Source: an uncultured Candidatus Saccharibacteria bacterium | GTDB lineage: Bacteria > Patescibacteriota > Saccharimonadia > Saccharimonadales > Saccharimonadaceae | NCBI GenBank assembly: GCA_964573015.1 | Contig: CAZNHZ010000002.1 | Coordinates: 66,144 to 130,143 of the forward strand | Direction of reading: 5' to 3' | Length of the DNA: 64,000 bases | Part shown: positions 1-9,651 of the stretch, in pieces | Layout of the letters: each line of letters opens with the position of its first letter | Position numbering within the stretch: position 1 is the stretch's first letter | Program-made: the position numbers and the translations under genes | The notes under the pieces: generated by a model | Database searches by the model: none | Told to the model about the DNA's origin: nothing | The model's input: the letters and a program-made list of their open reading frames with translations, nothing else

Positions 1-698
1 GCAACCGCATCCTTAATCTTTCCGGCGAAAACAAGCAGTAACTTCGGATGCTTTTTGAGCAGGAGTTGGTGAGCATGGATGAGTCGGCGTACGTTTTTAT
101 GCTCATTTTGTTGGCCGACAAACAATATATATTGAGCACTGTTATCGATAATGTCTGGTTTTGTCGGAGTAGTGCTGAGTGTATCTGCAGCAAGATGTGT
201 GACAGTGATTTTTTCTGGTGATATACGAGCAAACTTCGCATATTGCTGTCGTGTAAATTCACTGATAGTTAGTATATGTCTAGATGTATGTCCGATGACG
301 AAAAAGACAAGAAACCCTACCATTTTTTTAATCTGAAAGACAAGTTTATTTTTATGTTCAGGTGTTATTTTGAGTAAGGTTAGATCCAGGACTGACGTTA
401 CATGAGGTCGTAGGTAGAGGATTGGTTGTTGCGGCATACAGAAATGCACAAGGTCAGCATGCAGGCTGTAAAGCTGTCTAAAAAATCCAAACTGTTCGCC
501 AAGTGAATAACTCTTATAGTCCGATGGAACTACTGAAAAATTAGCGTTTTTCGGCTTCCAATAGTCCAGATCCGAGGATGGTATCAGTACGATATATTCA
601 TTTGTTTTATCAACGTCCTGGAGATGAGAGAGCATGCGCTCGATATACCTCCCGGTCGTACTCCGTATGATTCTTGCATCGATAACTATTCTTGCCAT
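1..698 (-). CDS. Glycosyltransferase, GT-B fold (GT4-like), partial; 3' end runs off the window start
   Basis: My own translation of the minus strand from the ATG at 698-696 gives MARIVIDARIIRSTTGRYIERMLSHLQDVDK...ILFVGQQNEHKNVRRLI, which is typical of a GT4 N-terminal half. It is absent from the ORF track because there is no stop codon inside the window. Confidence 0.65.
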   Translation of the reverse strand, partial: MARIVIDARIIRSTTGRYIERMLSHLQDVDKTNEYIVLIPSSDLDYWKPKNANFSVVPSDYKSYSLGEQFGFFRQLYSLHADLVHFCMPQQPILYLRPHVTSVLDLTLLKITPEHKNKLVFQIKKMVGFLVFFVIGHTSRHILTISEFTRQQYAKFARISPEKITVTHLAADTLSTTPTKPDIIDNSAQYILFVGQQNEHKNVRRLIHAHQLLLKKHPKLLLVFAGKIKDAV

Positions 699-806
699 TA
701 CTGATAGTATACGTCGTTGATGAGTAACATCAAAAATCAATTGTGTTGCAGGGCCTATGTCCGCCCTACGATGGTATAATAATATACAGAACAATATAGG
801 AGGATT

Positions 807-1841
807 ATGGCTGCGAAGCGAGCATTTATTACGGGTACTGCCGGGCAAGACGGCGGGCATTTGGCAAAATTACTTCATGAAAAAGGCTATGAAGTCTACG
901 GGACACTCAGAGGTCAACTGGAAGCAAGCCATCTCAGATATCAGAGCTTTAAAAGTGAATTTCCATATGTCAATGTAGTCATGGCGGACATTCTTGATCT
1001 GTCTGCGCTAACACGCGCCATGCAGGATATCAAGCCAGACGAAGTCTATAACCTTGCTGCTATCAGTCATGTCGGGTATTCATTCCGAGATCCATTGATG
1101 ACCGCCGATGTGACTGGTAAATCAGTTCTCAACCTGCTTGAAGCGATCCGTTTGGCTGGGCTGGAAAAAACAACGCGTTTTTATCAAGCATCGACATCTG
1201 AGATGTTTGGCGGCCTCGACTACAATCGTCCAGAAAAAGGATATAACGAGGATTCACCTTTTCATCCTCGTAGTCCATATGGTGTCGCAAAACTGTATGG
1301 GTACTGGATAACGAGAAACTACCGTGAGAGTTACGGTATGTATGCAGTCAGCGGTATATTGTTTAACCACGAGGGTGAGCGTCGTGGCCCTGAGTTCGTG
1401 ACACGAAAGATTAGCTTAGCGGCTGTTGCTATCAAACAAGGTAAACAAGAGGTTCTTGAGCTGGGCAATCTCGATGCGAAACGCGACTGGGGTTACGCTG
1501 GCGATTACGTCGAAGGAATGTGGCGTATTCTGCAGCAAGAAGCGAGTGAGCCGAAAGACTATGTGTTAGCAACAGGTGAAACACACTCTATTCGTGAGTT
1601 TGTCGAAATCGCTTTTAAAGAGGTTGGTACAAATATAACCTGGCAAGGTGAAGGCGAGAGCGAAGTTGGTGTTGACGAAAACGGAGTGACTCGTGTCCGC
1701 ATCAATCCAGAATTCTACCGTCCAGCAGAAGTAGATCTGCTCCTGGGTGATCCTACAAGAGCCGAACAAGAGCTGGGTTGGAAACGAGCAGTAGAGTTTC
1801 CAGGCCTTGTGAAGTTGATGATAGAACACGATCTAAAGTAA
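807..1841 (+). CDS. gmd: GDP-mannose 4,6-dehydratase
   Basis: 344 aa. N-terminal Rossmann motif FITGTAGQDGGHLAKLL, then SEMFG, YGVAKLYGYW (YxxxK) and NHEGERRG, all characteristic of Gmd. Confidence 0.95.
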   Translation: MAAKRAFITGTAGQDGGHLAKLLHEKGYEVYGTLRGQLEASHLRYQSFKSEFPYVNVVMADILDLSALTRAMQDIKPDEVYNLAAISHVGYSFRDPLMTADVTGKSVLNLLEAIRLAGLEKTTRFYQASTSEMFGGLDYNRPEKGYNEDSPFHPRSPYGVAKLYGYWITRNYRESYGMYAVSGILFNHEGERRGPEFVTRKISLAAVAIKQGKQEVLELGNLDAKRDWGYAGDYVEGMWRILQQEASEPKDYVLATGETHSIREFVEIAFKEVGTNITWQGEGESEVGVDENGVTRVRINPEFYRPAEVDLLLGDPTRAEQELGWKRAVEFPGLVKLMIEHDLK

Positions 1842-1855
1842 GCAAGGATTGATTG

Positions 1856-1888
1856 AAAAGACAAGGGCTAGATAACCCTTGTCTTTTT
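1856..1888. terminator. Bidirectional intrinsic terminator hairpin between convergent gmd and the Nudix gene
   Basis: 12-bp perfect stem aaaagacaaggg / cccttgtctttt with an 8-nt loop. An A-run lies 5' and a T-run lies 3'. It overlaps the Nudix stop codon. Confidence 0.7.
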
Positions 1889-2410
1889 ATATGCTTTATA
1901 TTGTGCCCTACCAGCTAACAATGTATAGTTACGGACTTCATTTGTGGCTATCATATGGTCGATATCTTCCTCAGTAAACCAAAAATATTCGAATAACTCC
2001 TCAGGATCTTTCTCGGCTTCTGTTTTTGAGAGGTTGCTTGCGAGGTAGACATACATTTTTTGTGATGAACGACGATTGTGCACGTAAAACCACCCAAGCG
2101 GCTCAAGTTTTTCTGCTGCAAGATTTGCTTCTTCTGCAAGCTCTCGCCTTGCACCATCTTCAGGACTCTCGCCTTTATTGACTGCCCCACCAGGTAGTTG
2201 GTAAAGTACTTCATCGGGCGGATAACTATATTCTTCCTGGATTAGAAACTTACCCTCAGTATCGACAGCAAGAACCATCGCAGCATCTTCACGTGTGCTG
2301 AAATGTAGGTACTTCGTTCGCAGGCCACAAGGTAATTGCACATCGTCTTCATACAAAGTTATACGTGGGTGATCAAATAGTTTTTTAGAGGCTAGACGCT
2401 TCCATTTCAT
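1868..2410 (-). CDS. Nudix NDP-sugar pyrophosphatase (NudF/ADP-ribose pyrophosphatase-like; positional analogue of Gmm/WcaH)
   Basis: 180 aa. Nudix box GAVNKGESPEDGARRELAEEANL. It sits between gmd and the reductase, like gmm in colanic-acid clusters. Confidence 0.8.
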   Translation of the reverse strand: MKWKRLASKKLFDHPRITLYEDDVQLPCGLRTKYLHFSTREDAAMVLAVDTEGKFLIQEEYSYPPDEVLYQLPGGAVNKGESPEDGARRELAEEANLAAEKLEPLGWFYVHNRRSSQKMYVYLASNLSKTEAEKDPEELFEYFWFTEEDIDHMIATNEVRNYTLLAGRAQYKAYKKTRVI

Positions 2411-3309
2411 GAGAGTGATAGAGCAATATCTTCTATCGTTTTTTCTATAGGAATCTGTGACACCCAGCCAGTGTCGGATTGTAGACGAGTGGCACTCCCT
2501 ACGATCTCCATAATATCGGTTGGTCGAACAAGAGTAGAGTCAATTTTATACGTCACATCATCGCGCCCTAGGGCTTTTTGGATAAGTGAAAAGATTTCCT
2601 TACCCGAATAACTCTTACCCGAACATACATTGTATAGGTTATCGCCTAATGTATCTGCGAGCGCTAACTCAGCATAAGCGCGAACTATGTCACGTACGTC
2701 AGTGTAATCACGTTTCGTGTCAAGGTTTCCGACCGATACCACTCCATTTTTTTCTGCTTTGCTGATTTTTTCAAATAGGTCAGGAACAATAAAACCAGGC
2801 ATCTGACCAGGCCCGATGTGATTAAATGGCCGAACGACGATACACTCTAATCCTCGGTTACGATAATAACAGCACTGATTTTCATTGAGTACTTTGCTGA
2901 CTGCATAGGGTGACGTATATCCTATAGCCGACCGTTCGGTTATCGGCATTGGCTGATGAGGGTCATAGATAGCTCCACTGCTCACAGCTATGATACGCGG
3001 TTTCTTTGCTTGCTTGAGAAAGTGTTCACATAGATGAGTGAGCATAGCACTGTTGAGATTGATATATGTCTGAGGATCATCATACGATGGTCCGACAGCA
3101 GCTAATCCAGCGAGATGGATAACAGCATCTGCTTCCACGATACTTTCTGGGAAGCCGTCAGCAAGATCGATCTGATAGTAATCATCAGTGAGCGAACAAG
3201 TATCTTCACGGCCTACCCCGATGACTCTATGTCCTCGGTGCTCTAGCTCTGCAGTGAGATGACCACCTACAAAGCCATTGATACCAGTGATCACAACAGA
3301 ATTGGTCAT
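2407..3309 (-). CDS. rmd: GDP-4-dehydro-6-deoxy-D-mannose reductase-like SDR (Rmd-like), giving GDP-D-rhamnose
   Basis: 300 aa. Motifs ITGINGFVGGHL, YAVSKV (YxxxK), VRPFNHIGPGQ and LYNVCSG closely resemble my recollection of P. aeruginosa Rmd. It is adjacent to gmd. The exact sugar product is not proven. Confidence 0.7.
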   Translation of the reverse strand: MTNSVVITGINGFVGGHLTAELEHRGHRVIGVGREDTCSLTDDYYQIDLADGFPESIVEADAVIHLAGLAAVGPSYDDPQTYINLNSAMLTHLCEHFLKQAKKPRIIAVSSGAIYDPHQPMPITERSAIGYTSPYAVSKVLNENQCCYYRNRGLECIVVRPFNHIGPGQMPGFIVPDLFEKISKAEKNGVVSVGNLDTKRDYTDVRDIVRAYAELALADTLGDNLYNVCSGKSYSGKEIFSLIQKALGRDDVTYKIDSTLVRPTDIMEIVGSATRLQSDTGWVSQIPIEKTIEDIALSLS

Positions 3310-3372
3310 ATCTTATAGTATACTGATTTGCTACCCAGTTTGCCACATTATCAGATATAATAGTGAGAGTCT

Positions 3373-4197
3373 ATGCAAAACATTTTGGCCAAATCTATAT
3401 CTAGATACCGCTACTCCGTCATACTGCTCAAGCAGCTCGTGATAACTGATTTCAAACTTCGATACAAAGGCTCAGTTCTCGGGTATGTCTGGACACTACT
3501 CAAGCCACTATCACTGTTTGTGGTCATGTATATCGTCTTTATCCATTTTCTAAAATTTGGTGCGGGTGAGCCGCATTTTGCAGTAGCGCTACTGCTCGGT
3601 ATCGTATTTTGGAATTACTTTACTGAAGTAACGATGAATGGCATGTCGGCTATCGTCGGCAAGGGTGATCTCATGCGTAAACTCAATTTTCCCCGCTATG
3701 TCATCGTCGTAGCAGGATCATTCTCTGCATTTATCAATCTCGTTATTAACCTTGCGGTTGTACTAGTTTTGATCGTGATAAATGGAGTAGATCTATCGTC
3801 TCGGATATTTCTCATGATTCCGATAGTGATAGAGCTCTTTGCGTTTTCACTAGGAGTGGCCTTTTTGCTGGCAGCTCTCTTTGTCAAACTCAGGGATATT
3901 AACTATATATGGGAATTACTATTACAAGTCGGTTTCTATGCGACGCCGATATTTTATCCTATCAGTATGATTACGAATGTATCGCTCGATGCTGCAAAAA
4001 TTGCTCTACTAAACCCCATGGCTCAGATGATACAGGACGCACGATACGCCGTGATATCACCAACGACTGAGACAGTATGGTCGATATTTGATATGAGCTG
4101 GCATACGATGATACCGATAGCTATTGTCGTGACCGTAACTGTACTATCGGCGTGGTATTTTAGGCATGCATCACCGGGATTTGCGGAGGACGTGTAG
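3373..4197 (+). CDS. wzm: ABC-2 type polysaccharide/teichoic-acid export permease (Wzm/TagG-like)
   Basis: 274 aa with six predicted TM segments. N-terminal FKLRYKGSVLGYVWTLLKPL is typical of the ABC-2 family. It lies 3 nt upstream of the ATPase gene. Confidence 0.85.
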   Translation: MQNILAKSISRYRYSVILLKQLVITDFKLRYKGSVLGYVWTLLKPLSLFVVMYIVFIHFLKFGAGEPHFAVALLLGIVFWNYFTEVTMNGMSAIVGKGDLMRKLNFPRYVIVVAGSFSAFINLVINLAVVLVLIVINGVDLSSRIFLMIPIVIELFAFSLGVAFLLAALFVKLRDINYIWELLLQVGFYATPIFYPISMITNVSLDAAKIALLNPMAQMIQDARYAVISPTTETVWSIFDMSWHTMIPIAIVVTVTVLSAWYFRHASPGFAEDV

Positions 4198-4199
4198 AT

Positions 4200-5387
4200 A
4201 TGGCAAATGAAATAGCAATCAAGATTCGGGATGTGTCAAAGAGTTTCAAGTTACCTCACGAAAAGATTAGCTCAGTCAAAAATTTGTTTGTTAATCCATT
4301 TCGTTCGAGACAGGCGATGAAGACTGAGACTCAGCATGCACTAAAGAGTATCGATTTTGATGTTAAAAAGGGTGAGTTCTTTGGTATTGTCGGTCGTAAC
4401 GGATCCGGCAAGAGTACGCTGCTCAAAATTATCGCAGAGATTTATCAGCCTACAAAGGGTCGAGTGACGGTCAATGGTCGCCTTGTACCATTCATTGAGT
4501 TGGGCGTAGGCTTCAATCCTGAGCTAACAGGTCGTGAAAACGTCTATCTAAACGGTGCGCTCATGGGATTCTCAGAGAAAGAGATCGATACTATGTATGA
4601 CGACATCGTATCATTTGCTGAACTCGAAAAATTCATGGATCAAAAATTAAAAAACTATAGCTCGGGCATGCAAGTGCGATTAGCGTTTTCTGTCGCGACT
4701 CGCTCGGATGCAGATATCCTACTCATTGATGAAGTACTCGCAGTCGGCGATGCTGATTTTCAGCGAAAGTGTTTTAACTATTTCAAGGAACTCAAACGCA
4801 ATAAAAAAACAGTCGTTTTCGTCAGTCATGATATGGCTGCAGTAAGGGAATATTGTGATCGATGTATATTGATTAACAATGCTGAGATTGTATATGAAGG
4901 AAACCCTGAGGTTGCCGCAGAAAAGTACCTTCGATTGTTTAATGATGGGGTTACAACAAACGAAAATGAGCGCACTCGCAACGAAAAACGTTGGGGAGAT
5001 AAATCAGCCCAGTTTAAAAACGTTTCTATCACTCACGACCAAGACTATGTGAACATAACATCAGTGATTAGAGGCGGCACAGAGGATATACAATATCCGA
5101 TTCTAGGATTTAATATCTCTAGTTCGACAGGAGATGTTCTGTGCGGTACAAACAATAAGATATTACAAAAAAAGGTATCGATTATCCCGGCCAATGGAGA
5201 GATGACAATTACCTGGAGGGTGCCAAACATATTCGGCGATGATACACTACACATTAGTATGGCGATTACGCATCCAGATGGGGTTAAGCAAATCGATTGG
5301 TGGAATGATGCTGCCAAGTTTAAAAATATTAATGAAAAATCAACACCTCATCCTGTCAGCCCTAATATTGATTTTCAAATAAAATAA
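4200..5387 (+). CDS. wzt: Polysaccharide ABC exporter ATPase with C-terminal beta-sandwich (Wzt_C-like) glycan-binding domain
   Basis: 395 aa. Walker A GRNGSGKST, signature YSSGMQVRL and Walker B ILLIDE. There is a ~140-aa C-terminal extension after the nucleotide-binding domain. Confidence 0.9.
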   Translation: MANEIAIKIRDVSKSFKLPHEKISSVKNLFVNPFRSRQAMKTETQHALKSIDFDVKKGEFFGIVGRNGSGKSTLLKIIAEIYQPTKGRVTVNGRLVPFIELGVGFNPELTGRENVYLNGALMGFSEKEIDTMYDDIVSFAELEKFMDQKLKNYSSGMQVRLAFSVATRSDADILLIDEVLAVGDADFQRKCFNYFKELKRNKKTVVFVSHDMAAVREYCDRCILINNAEIVYEGNPEVAAEKYLRLFNDGVTTNENERTRNEKRWGDKSAQFKNVSITHDQDYVNITSVIRGGTEDIQYPILGFNISSSTGDVLCGTNNKILQKKVSIIPANGEMTITWRVPNIFGDDTLHISMAITHPDGVKQIDWWNDAAKFKNINEKSTPHPVSPNIDFQIK

Positions 5388-6368
5388 TCAATCTTTTCGT
5401 GCGATAACAGCATAGTCAGCGTAACCAAAAATTGTACTATGAAGTTTTTTGAGATGGGTATTGTCCGTCTCTAATTCTTTTTCTAGCCGGTGCAAAGGAA
5501 CAATTGTTGCCGCAAATCCAACATATTCAAGCATAAATGCGAGTAGTTCTGAAGGTACAGGCCTTTGGTGCGATGGATCAAAATAAAATGTATTTGCACC
5601 AACATACAGACATGATGGGTTTGGCGTCTCAAATAGAACAAACCCACCGCGCGCAGTCACTCGATAACATTCTTCAAATATCTCCATTAAAGATTCAAAT
5701 GGGATATGCTCAATGATGTGAAATCCTGTAATTGCAGAAATGCTACCGCTCTTTTGCTTTTGCAAATATGAAGCAGCATCATTTTTTACTGCCTTCAGGC
5801 CTAGGCTATTCGCCCGATCGACCATCTCTCCATTCATATCAACACCAACTGCTTTAAATTTATTTTTCTTCATGACGCTCAAAAATTCACCTCGTCCACA
5901 ACCGATATCGACGATTGGTAGCTTTTTTAGACTATCAGCCATAGATTGAAAAAGAGGCAGATGTTCTGAGACTCTATCTTGTATCTCTTTTTCACTACCA
6001 CGGAAGCGATCTTCAAATAATTTATAAAAATTATCAAAATTATCATTATCAGAGACGGTATTGTTGATCGTAACCTTGCTATCGGATGAGATAGTTTTCG
6101 AGACATTTTTTGATAACTGGTGTTTGATATCACTAATCTTATTATCGAGTGCATCAAACGAATCTAGGCGATTCTTTAAACGGTTGATTATCTCGTTTTT
6201 TTGATCGATATCATTAGATAATTTTTTAATTGTACTTTCTTGCTCTGCTAGTTTTGCGTCGATAAGTTTAAAATAGTTTTCAAAATGACTAGTGTATTGA
6301 GGGAGTCGTAATGTCTGAGATATTACACGGAGAGGATAAGGCTTGGATGTCTTAGGATCTTTTTTCAT
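5388..6368 (-). CDS. Class I SAM-dependent methyltransferase with N-terminal coiled coil (WbdD-like chain-terminator candidate)
   Basis: 326 aa. The N-terminal ~100 aa are heptad/charged-rich (KLAEQESTIKKLSNDIDQKNEIINRLKNRLDSF). Motif I is VDIGCGRGEF. Confidence 0.8.
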   Translation of the reverse strand: MKKDPKTSKPYPLRVISQTLRLPQYTSHFENYFKLIDAKLAEQESTIKKLSNDIDQKNEIINRLKNRLDSFDALDNKISDIKHQLSKNVSKTISSDSKVTINNTVSDNDNFDNFYKLFEDRFRGSEKEIQDRVSEHLPLFQSMADSLKKLPIVDIGCGRGEFLSVMKKNKFKAVGVDMNGEMVDRANSLGLKAVKNDAASYLQKQKSGSISAITGFHIIEHIPFESLMEIFEECYRVTARGGFVLFETPNPSCLYVGANTFYFDPSHQRPVPSELLAFMLEYVGFAATIVPLHRLEKELETDNTHLKKLHSTIFGYADYAVIARKD

Positions 6369-7584
6369 ATAAATCCATTATAGCGTTTAAAAATTTCTTT
6401 GAGTAACGTCTCCAACTATATTGTTTAGAATGCTCATATCCGCCTTTTGTAACACTCATTACCAAACTAGGGTCATCTAATATATGGGTGATTTTTTGAG
6501 TTAAGTCACTCACATTACCTGATTTTGCCAGAAGAGCGTTACCGTCACTCACTTCAGGTATAGAAGAGTTATCATATGCCACGACCGCACAACTATTCTC
6601 AAATGCCTCGAGCACTGGTATTCCAAAACCTTCATAAAGTGTTGGGAACACAAAGCATTTCGCATTCTGATAAAGCCACAACTTTTCACTATCATTTATA
6701 AACCCTAGAGTGTAAATATCAGTTTTGTATTTACTTTTCTTGATAGAATTTCTGATGTCCAAGTTGGGTATTTTATCAACAATCTCAAATTCCTTCCCGG
6801 CCAGAACAAGTTTAATTCTTTTGCCCGAGCCCTTTATCACATCAAACGCATCCACAAGATCTTGGACACGTTTTCTTTTGTCTGTTGCACCAATATACAA
6901 AAGGTAATCACCAATATCTTTAGGGATATTTTGTGGGCGAGTCGGTGTTTGAGTATTGATCACTGGTGCGAGTGGTATGGTTATAATTTTACTCTTTGGT
7001 AAATCAAGAACATCAACAAGAGACTGTGATGTAAAGTTAGAAATGCTAAGAATAAGGTTTGCTTTAGAAAAGTTTTTATAATGTAATCTATAGCGTTGCT
7101 GGTAGTAGTGTGCACGCAAAAATTTCTTAGCCTTTTTAAAAATTCCTTTATGTAATTTAAATTCATGAAGGGGTGTTGGTAAGTAGTCTTCTTTAAAAAG
7201 CAGCGGAATAAGATCATAGGCAATCAATACATTTTTGACACCCGCAAAACGAGGCATGCCTAGCATAAAATCAAATTGTACAAAAATATCAATATTTTTG
7301 TTTCGGAGCGGAGCAAACTTGTGAAAAATTATTTTTGATAATTCAGCGAAGTCTCTCGGCCTATCAATGGATTTTTTTACCAACGGAGTAGTGACTCGTT
7401 CATAGGGGACATGTAATGTATAACCAAGCTTAACGATAGGGTCATAATTATCATACGTGTACACAACATACTCTACATTTGGCTGAGGCGTAAGATGCTC
7501 GAGCAAGCTTCTCACGTGCATACCGATACCACGACTTTCATGCCCCATTTGCAAGCAGCGAAGATCAAGACATATTCTTACCAT
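6352..7584 (-). CDS. Glycosyltransferase family 4 (GT-B)
   Basis: 410 aa. The C-terminal FVFPTLYEGFGIPVLEAF matches the EX7E motif. Confidence 0.8.
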   Translation of the reverse strand: MVRICLDLRCLQMGHESRGIGMHVRSLLEHLTPQPNVEYVVYTYDNYDPIVKLGYTLHVPYERVTTPLVKKSIDRPRDFAELSKIIFHKFAPLRNKNIDIFVQFDFMLGMPRFAGVKNVLIAYDLIPLLFKEDYLPTPLHEFKLHKGIFKKAKKFLRAHYYQQRYRLHYKNFSKANLILSISNFTSQSLVDVLDLPKSKIITIPLAPVINTQTPTRPQNIPKDIGDYLLYIGATDKRKRVQDLVDAFDVIKGSGKRIKLVLAGKEFEIVDKIPNLDIRNSIKKSKYKTDIYTLGFINDSEKLWLYQNAKCFVFPTLYEGFGIPVLEAFENSCAVVAYDNSSIPEVSDGNALLAKSGNVSDLTQKITHILDDPSLVMSVTKGGYEHSKQYSWRRYSKKFLNAIMDLYEKRS

Positions 7585-7587
7585 CGC

Positions 7588-8733
7588 TTACTGCGTTTCC
7601 TTAAGCGTTTGCAATAATTTTTTAGCAGAATCTTCCCATGTGTATTTTTTAACTTGTTTTTTACCCTTTTTAACCATAGTTGATTGAAGCTCAGGATTTG
7701 TTACAACCTTGACTATGCCATCAGCGATACTTTGTGGAGATAATGCATCAACAGTAATCGCTGCATCGCCTACGGCTTCAGGTAACGATGAATTATTCGC
7801 GCACACTACAGGTGTACCACACGCCATAGCTTCAAGTGGCGGCATGCCAAATCCTTCATAAATACTCGGATAAACAAATACCGAAGCGCCAGTGTATATT
7901 GCTGATAAATCCTCATCTATCACATACTTACTAGGAAACATAACTTTGTTGCCGTTTTTCCTGAGGCGCTCAATGATTGTATGGATCTCATTATTTTGCC
8001 AACCGCTCGCACCTACTAAAAGGAGAGGATGTTTCGTCCTGATTGATTGTGGTAATAACTCATAGGCAAGAAGCAAATTTTTGATATTTTTTCTGGGTTC
8101 AATATTGCTCACAAACAATATGTAGTCATCGTCAATCGCATATTCTTTTTTGACACGAGCGATATCTTTTACAGATGCTCTAGTAAATTTGCTTGTGTCA
8201 ACAGCTGGATATAGTATCTCAATTTTTGATGGATCAATACTGTAGAACTCTGCAACCTCATCTTTACTATTTTGAGAGATAGTTATTACGGCATTAGCAC
8301 GACGAAGAGATTTCTTAACCTGAGTAGATAAAAACTTTTGATTATTCGGATCAGCAAACTCTGGGTAGAGTTCATATGAGATATCATATATAAAAGGTAT
8401 GCTTTTTGAAAATAACAGTGGCCACGATGTAAAGTTCGGAAATAGGTAAATCCCTTTTCCATAGATCATGTCGAGTGGCGGCTGGCGGTTTCGAATTTTT
8501 AGCGCATTGGCCACTCGTAATGAGAACGGGGAAGGCAGTATTCTGATATATTTAAATCCATACGAACGTGCTTTTTCTAGATGTCGAAAATGAACTATCA
8601 GGTAAAAGTCCAACTCTTTGTACTCGGGTAGCAACCCGTCCACGGCATATAGTAGATCACGAGTGTAATGACCGATGCCGCTGAAATGAGGATTTATAAG
8701 AACGTCAGCATCCACGAAAACTCTTTTTACCAT
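7588..8733 (-). CDS. Glycosyltransferase family 4 (GT-B)
   Basis: 381 aa. FVYPSIYEGFGMPPLEAMACGTPVV matches the EX7E motif. Confidence 0.85.
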   Translation of the reverse strand: MVKRVFVDADVLINPHFSGIGHYTRDLLYAVDGLLPEYKELDFYLIVHFRHLEKARSYGFKYIRILPSPFSLRVANALKIRNRQPPLDMIYGKGIYLFPNFTSWPLLFSKSIPFIYDISYELYPEFADPNNQKFLSTQVKKSLRRANAVITISQNSKDEVAEFYSIDPSKIEILYPAVDTSKFTRASVKDIARVKKEYAIDDDYILFVSNIEPRKNIKNLLLAYELLPQSIRTKHPLLLVGASGWQNNEIHTIIERLRKNGNKVMFPSKYVIDEDLSAIYTGASVFVYPSIYEGFGMPPLEAMACGTPVVCANNSSLPEAVGDAAITVDALSPQSIADGIVKVVTNPELQSTMVKKGKKQVKKYTWEDSAKKLLQTLKETQ

Positions 8734-8826
8734 ACACTAATTTTACCTCAAAATTCGGTAATGGTGAGTAAGATCGCGTAGGAGTACTTTAATATAATGC
8801 CTGGTCAATATACAATTATTTGAGAA

Positions 8827-9651
8827 ATGACTACTCATTCTAACGCCCAACCGCTAGTCTCCGTAATTATTCCAGCGTATAATTGCTCGGAATATATCAA
8901 CGATGCCCTTGAAAGCATCTCGAATCAAACATATAAAAATATTGAAATAGTCGTCGTTGATGATAGAAGTACAGACGGAACATGGGAATTGATCAATCAA
9001 TATAAATCAAAAGAAAACCGCCTACGCCCTTTTCGGAACTCCAAGAACTTAAAAATAGCTAAAACTCTCAATAGGGCTATTAGTGAATCAAAAGGGAAAT
9101 ATCTTGCTCGAATGGATGGAGATGATATAAAACTTCCTACGTCCATAGAGAAACAAGTTGCCTATATGGAGTCAAATGAGGGAGTCGTTATCGTCGGCAC
9201 TAATGCATATATATGTGACGAAAAAATGAATAAAATTAATGAAAGAGAATACGCGGTCAGTGATGATGCAATTCGCATTAAGATATTCCGATATTCTCCT
9301 TTTACACATGCTTCAATACTTCTCCGTGCTTCAGCTGTGCCCGATAACCCATATCAGCTAGATTGGGTGGAAGATTATGATTTATATTTCAGACTAGGTA
9401 AAGAGGGAAAATTCGCAAACATACCCGAACCGCTTTACTTGATTAGGACACATGCTGATTCAGTCTCACAGTCAAAAGTAAGAACTCAAGAATTTAGAAC
9501 GCTCTATATTCGGCTGAAAGCAGTATTTGAATATGGATACACAATGAGTTTTGGTGATAAACTTTATTTCTTTATGCAGCTTATGTCTATGTTTCTTATA
9601 CCATCGCGTTTTAAATTCTGGATATTCAATGCTCTAAGGAGGTATCTATGA
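8827..9651 (+). CDS. Glycosyltransferase family 2
   Basis: 274 aa. VSVIIPAYNCSEYINDALESISNQTY...VVVDDRSTDGT and RMDGDD (DxD). Confidence 0.85.
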   Translation: MTTHSNAQPLVSVIIPAYNCSEYINDALESISNQTYKNIEIVVVDDRSTDGTWELINQYKSKENRLRPFRNSKNLKIAKTLNRAISESKGKYLARMDGDDIKLPTSIEKQVAYMESNEGVVIVGTNAYICDEKMNKINEREYAVSDDAIRIKIFRYSPFTHASILLRASAVPDNPYQLDWVEDYDLYFRLGKEGKFANIPEPLYLIRTHADSVSQSKVRTQEFRTLYIRLKAVFEYGYTMSFGDKLYFFMQLMSMFLIPSRFKFWIFNALRRYL

